Source: Candidatus Omnitrophota bacterium
GTDB lineage: Bacteria; Omnitrophota; Gorgyraeia; Zapsychrales; Fredricksoniimonadaceae
Length of the DNA stretch: 61,499 bases
NCBI GenBank assembly: GCA_013285735.1
Contig: JABDGZ010000006.1
Span: forward strand, 1 to 61,499
Direction of reading: 5' to 3'
Shown: positions 58,401-61,499 of the stretch, piece after piece
How positions within the stretch are numbered: the first letter of the stretch is position 1
How the letters are laid out: the number at the start of each line of letters is the position of its first letter
The notes under the pieces: generated by a model
What the model was told of the DNA's origin: nothing
What the model saw: only the letters and a program-made list of their open reading frames with translations
Database searches by the model: none
Program-made: the position numbers and the translations under genes

Positions 58401-61400
58401 TTTGTGCTGCAAATTGATTTAAAGGTTTACCGTTGGAGAGAAATTCAACAATGCCCCCGTCATTCAATCCCTGAATAACGATCAAGCCTGACTCTGTCAC
58501 GCATATATTAAAAATATCCTCCCCATTAGGGCCATGAACAACCCATGTATTTCGATTTGATAAGTTAAAATGAATACCATTACCCTGAGATAGTAATCTG
58601 AACCTTCCATCCGAACTTTGCCTTATAGTTATATAATCTTCAGGATCACCTGTAAGCATTAGGCGCAGTTGACTAATTTCGTATGGAGCAATGGCTAAAA
58701 CCCTTTCTCCACCCAAAGCTACTTGAACATAATTAGGGTGACTTGAAAATGTAGTAAGGGGTAATCTTTCTTGCCTCAATTCCCCACGACTGTTCCAAAC
58801 ATTAATCAAGGTTACCTCTTCTCTTCTCAGACTATCTGCTTGAGGTTCGCCAATGGCTAGAGGTTCTTCTATTGTTGTTGGTGTTGTAACTACACTCTCT
58901 GCAATTTCTGGAATGGGGGGATCAATATCTGACGGATCAAGATCAGCCAAAGTCGGGGTTTCATCATTGACATCAAGAATAAGTGAACTACTAGGCCAAC
59001 CAGGATCTCTAAATGTATAACTAAATGTACTATCTGACGTTGTTGGCGCTGTAGCTACACTTGGAACTTCAAGACTTGGTGAGGCAGAAGTCTCTGGATG
59101 TTCATGGTCAACATTTTCTTGCGTTTCTTCTTTGATAACATATGAATCCTGGTTTTCATCACGTATAATAGGATAAAATCTATCTCTTAAGAAATCTGGC
59201 AAAGCATCATATTCTTTTCCTTTTCTTATTATTTCTAATAGTTCATTTTTTAGCGATAAAAATTCTGACAAAGGTATTTTACCCTTGTTTGATTCAATCC
59301 AGTTTAAAATAATTTTTATTGCTCTAATACGCATATTTATATCTTCTTCCGATACAGCTCTTGATCGCCTCATTATTCTTGACCTGGCTCTAGTAAAATT
59401 TTCTGATAGAGTTTGTAAAGCAATTTCTCTTTCAATGGGGTTTTTATTACTTATTCTTGATCTATTAATTACAAGAGCCCATATATCATTTTCATTCAAT
59501 ACTTCGAGATCCGAACGTAACATGATCAATACAACTTGGCGATAACCTGCGTCTTCTTCATCAGTGGTTTTTAAAATAGCCATATAATCTTCAACATTAA
59601 ATTGGTCTCGAATCTCTGGTTTATTAACTTGCAATCCTGCTGGTAAATCTGAGATATTTTCAGAAATCAAATGTGTCAATCCTGAGCTATAAACAAGTCT
59701 TTTAATTCTTTCTCCTGGAATTGAGTCATCAAAGCTCATTCTTTCAACTTTATTTCTCGTTGGTGTTTTACTAGCTGGTTCTCTAGAAATAACTCCTGCC
59801 TGCTTTTCAAGCTTTCCTTCTTCAATTTTTTGTCTGTTTTTTCGTCCTTTTCTATGCGGCCCTCCCTCATGATCCATTGCATCTAACTCTTCAAGTTCTT
59901 CATCAGTAAAGGCACTCTGCACAGCAGCTATCGCTGATCCTGTTGGTTGTGAACCTATGCCTTCATTGCCTGACATTATTGCAGGTAATTTTGGTCTTAA
60001 ATATAATTTTGAAAATTCTTTTTGACGCACTCTTGTTATTGTTACTATCACTTTTTTATCTACAGCAGCTTCTAGTTTTTTTAACCTAGTATCATTCACA
60101 TTGTGACTTTGACTAATTTCTGCATCTGTTAAAGGCATTTGATCAATAATAAAATCTAATCCATATGCTTCCCTATTCTCTGCTATAAATACTTCAAAAA
60201 TTTGACCAAATGTTGTTTCTGGTGGAAATTCACGCGTTATGTAATGACTGAACATAAATCCAGCAATTAATTCAGCATATTCATCTGGTGTCGTGTCCGG
60301 TGTTTCTGGGACAGCATAAGTGGGAACTTCAGCATATTTACCAGAATCGTCTACTAGTGTTTCTCCTTCTTGAGCAGTAGGTGCAGCCTCAGTCGTTACC
60401 TTCATTGCGAAATCGCGGGGGATACCACCTGAAAAATATTTTCTTGGTATCATTTGCTGGTTTGCGGGATTTATGTCTTCTTTAATGTAGTTAAACACGC
60501 CTTTTTTATATGCTTTTAAATATTGTTCGTAGATTTTTTCGGTTGCTGCTGGATTATGGCTTAAAACGCCGCTGGTTTTTCCTCTATCAGTATAGACTTG
60601 ATTGAGAAAGGCGTTTTTTAAGGCTTGTTTGTACCATGTTGAGAGGATCATGGAATAAAAGATTTGGCGTAAGTTGGCAAAATTTTTGCCTTCGTTCACT
60701 TCTTTTTCGATTTCGGGGAGGATGATTTCTCTTACTATTTGAGAAGCAATTGAATGAGCTGTGCTTGGATTCCCGACCCCGCTATCGCGGGACTCTCGCC
60801 CATGGGCGGAGTCATTCGGGAATGACAAATTATTTTTATTTTTTTGTAATGCTAAATAATCCTCTTCTAACATCACCTTCAAATGGGCACCGATGATATA
60901 GCCTACATTGTTGCGTTGCAAGACCTTGGCCCTGTCTGCCATAATCCATACCTTGTTAAACGTGTTCACAGGTATTTCACTCGTACCAAACATTTCTTGG
61001 GTTTTGCTATAAATCCTGTTCCAAAATTCTTTGCCTAATTGTTTTTCAGGATAAATTAATGACGCTGTTAATTGCTTTAGGATATAGTCTTGGGCCAGCA
61101 TGTCTTGGCCAAGTTCGGTCACCCCAAGTTCTTTTGTAATCATTCGATTTTTTTCATAAGGCGAAAGATTGACCCAAAGATCATCTTCTTTAATGGTAAG
61201 GGATGCTAAAAAATATTTGATGAGCTTTTGGGCTTCAGCTTTAAATTGCGGACTATTAATGTTTAAGGCAGAATCGCCTGAATCTAAAATAAAATCAAAT
61301 AAAAGAGGATTCTCAGGATGAACCTTAAGACCCTTCATAATGACTGGCATATAAGCAGGGCTTAAATTGACCATGGCTCCTGGTTCTGGCAGGCCTAAAA

Positions 61401-61488
61401 CAGAATCAGCATGGGCTTTGGGTAGAGGGCCAATGCCTGTTATCAAAAAGCATATAACAAGTAATAGATTAAGAATATACTTAAACAT
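55447..61488 (-). CDS. Giant secreted protein, 2013 aa, function unknown
   Basis: A single uninterrupted ORF with a signal peptide (MFKYILNLLLVICFLITGIGPLPKAHA). I recognised no catalytic motifs. It has internal divergent repeat modules and a hydrophobic segment near the C-terminus (LLVALSAFLAIGLSSTGW). Confidence 0.85.
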   Translation of the reverse strand: MFKYILNLLLVICFLITGIGPLPKAHADSVLGLPEPGAMVNLSPAYMPVIMKGLKVHPENPLLFDFILDSGDSALNINSPQFKAEAQKLIKYFLASLTIKEDDLWVNLSPYEKNRMITKELGVTELGQDMLAQDYILKQLTASLIYPEKQLGKEFWNRIYSKTQEMFGTSEIPVNTFNKVWIMADRAKVLQRNNVGYIIGAHLKVMLEEDYLALQKNKNNLSFPNDSAHGRESRDSGVGNPSTAHSIASQIVREIILPEIEKEVNEGKNFANLRQIFYSMILSTWYKQALKNAFLNQVYTDRGKTSGVLSHNPAATEKIYEQYLKAYKKGVFNYIKEDINPANQQMIPRKYFSGGIPRDFAMKVTTEAAPTAQEGETLVDDSGKYAEVPTYAVPETPDTTPDEYAELIAGFMFSHYITREFPPETTFGQIFEVFIAENREAYGLDFIIDQMPLTDAEISQSHNVNDTRLKKLEAAVDKKVIVTITRVRQKEFSKLYLRPKLPAIMSGNEGIGSQPTGSAIAAVQSAFTDEELEELDAMDHEGGPHRKGRKNRQKIEEGKLEKQAGVISREPASKTPTRNKVERMSFDDSIPGERIKRLVYSSGLTHLISENISDLPAGLQVNKPEIRDQFNVEDYMAILKTTDEEDAGYRQVVLIMLRSDLEVLNENDIWALVINRSRISNKNPIEREIALQTLSENFTRARSRIMRRSRAVSEEDINMRIRAIKIILNWIESNKGKIPLSEFLSLKNELLEIIRKGKEYDALPDFLRDRFYPIIRDENQDSYVIKEETQENVDHEHPETSASPSLEVPSVATAPTTSDSTFSYTFRDPGWPSSSLILDVNDETPTLADLDPSDIDPPIPEIAESVVTTPTTIEEPLAIGEPQADSLRREEVTLINVWNSRGELRQERLPLTTFSSHPNYVQVALGGERVLAIAPYEISQLRLMLTGDPEDYITIRQSSDGRFRLLSQGNGIHFNLSNRNTWVVHGPNGEDIFNICVTESGLIVIQGLNDGGIVEFLSNGKPLNQFAAQMDNMLDDTFRYRQAVKPNKNTQVEKFQEIPLPSAEILARQTATPMFSNQIVVRKTVSVRQGGWILKINVVGGKTIWNFSQNKKGSGFIAEIIYTGNNIGNDPYSVPLKSLQEILDAVERNVLVLPENPEEFLAQNRNLFVRGALEVTAQRRQERTEEHRQEGARAAQEGIRAAFVREKRAELRATVTIDREPYWKESRSITDLNGKSYTVVAKSEGGRYLLGLVADGLSPKLVGELQDLGGDERYAALRFDYMVFLLTQEISQSALNINDSTLAVNELLGRVVRASAIYDEDWVNSIPSYQEMQAQWRLILNYLRVMGLTIPNSPNIEESFDHGGYWLAEYDSRNRFEKYLRAKAVVEFVRRTAMFRKVILEGRTNLRFKFQEAEDDPLFAQANVVLEQSKENSDNRLGSGKLNTATRGDIVSGRLVAYFDDNEWKLFAYLVDNESIQTMLLGKKAIVIAEDNANPTVADIWGQNWSKQDRTLQEMQRQLDLLNRYVNDAPDEVKNNLRKLQWLIDMKSQARTWPVGGWESPAGKHLMAINNSFFVELSVKARSWILSGVVEGNENKSLMEWALSRERSALLKLRKIKETLPKVTLPLPGETYIYSDPGGEIHPWELGSIINGEPMSAHGVPFSTALKGDLRVIAQVRVTEHSFEVPLVANPLEAAAVEPQDLATTKGDELVKTISPQVTGAWIKYVLSLEEEQSWEEMQRKLDAIKEHAANFPAAVNENLEGLQAYLNRKGDVTPIEGPLNEKIKRFLRSSAIQAFVVLSQDALRLLPNAVEGKINSLPHLALERQNELLQELGQLTSKLDEHHPIQEGDYYMYFETGRWYTDVWTNDAPLTTSGSKFLPYAIGKAVPPDVAMAVKSDEALIRQRQQNHQKLLVALSAFLAIGLSSTGWNPTIRRIWLGLNHPVAGSTLSPGGIDFNAKKMSLEVTGSDIQMKFNPAIIARLRKGDFTGIEGIIIRIQALQSPLSILGMSLAG
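60767..60826 (-). repeat. Long variant of the REP family, inserted in frame in the giant gene
   Basis: The reverse complement reads GTCATTCCCGAATGACTCCGCCCATGGGCGAGAGTCCCGCGATAGCGGGGTCGGGAATCC. It has the same termini as the short copies, contains nested palindromes, and encodes ..SFPNDSAHGRESRDSGVGNP.. Confidence 0.7.
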
Positions 61489-61499
61489 GATGCCTAAGT

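Overview
This is a compact bacterial chromosomal segment of about 60 genes. Almost all are on the minus strand; only 18.9-21.1 kb is plus-strand. I saw no rRNA, tRNA, CRISPR, transposase or integrase. The content is mainly aerobic core metabolism. TCA and related enzymes: ald, fumC, gltA, acnA and sdhCAB. A complete F1Fo ATP synthase operon is preceded by hemA, a TMEM14-family gene and atpZ. A respiratory super-operon runs cupredoxin, two unlisted small ORFs, ctaD-ctaE-ctaF-ctaC, a Rieske protein, a cytochrome b fused to three c-type haem domains, ctaA, ctaB and a DUF420 gene. Also present are haem genes (hemN, hemE, hemY), Moco genes (moeA, mobA), a secreted MsrA/MsrB/thioredoxin set, a glycosylation-type cluster (GT2, YfhO-like, TPR, PilZ), a DUF433/DUF5615 toxin-antitoxin pair, a broken FGE-sulfatase-like gene, a sirtuin, a PEBP protein and a 2013-aa secreted giant protein. 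The most notable non-coding feature is a leader RNA on the minus strand (about 42751-42899) that matches the core of a GEMM-I cyclic-dinucleotide riboswitch and is followed by a terminator/antiterminator platform. It sits upstream of a protein with two degenerate receiver domains. Other signals: a dispersed palindromic repeat (GTCATTCCCGCGAAAGCGGGAATCC) with five copies, one inserted in frame in the giant gene and one producing a false N-terminal extension on atpA; a second palindromic motif (AACACCNGGTGTT) upstream of two haem-related cistrons; and several reading-frame breaks, three of them next to homopolymer runs, including a G10 run near the 3' end of sdhA. The lineage cannot be assigned from sequence alone. 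The giant-protein termini resemble proteins I recall from uncultivated phyla such as Omnitrophota, but that is an unverified recollection.
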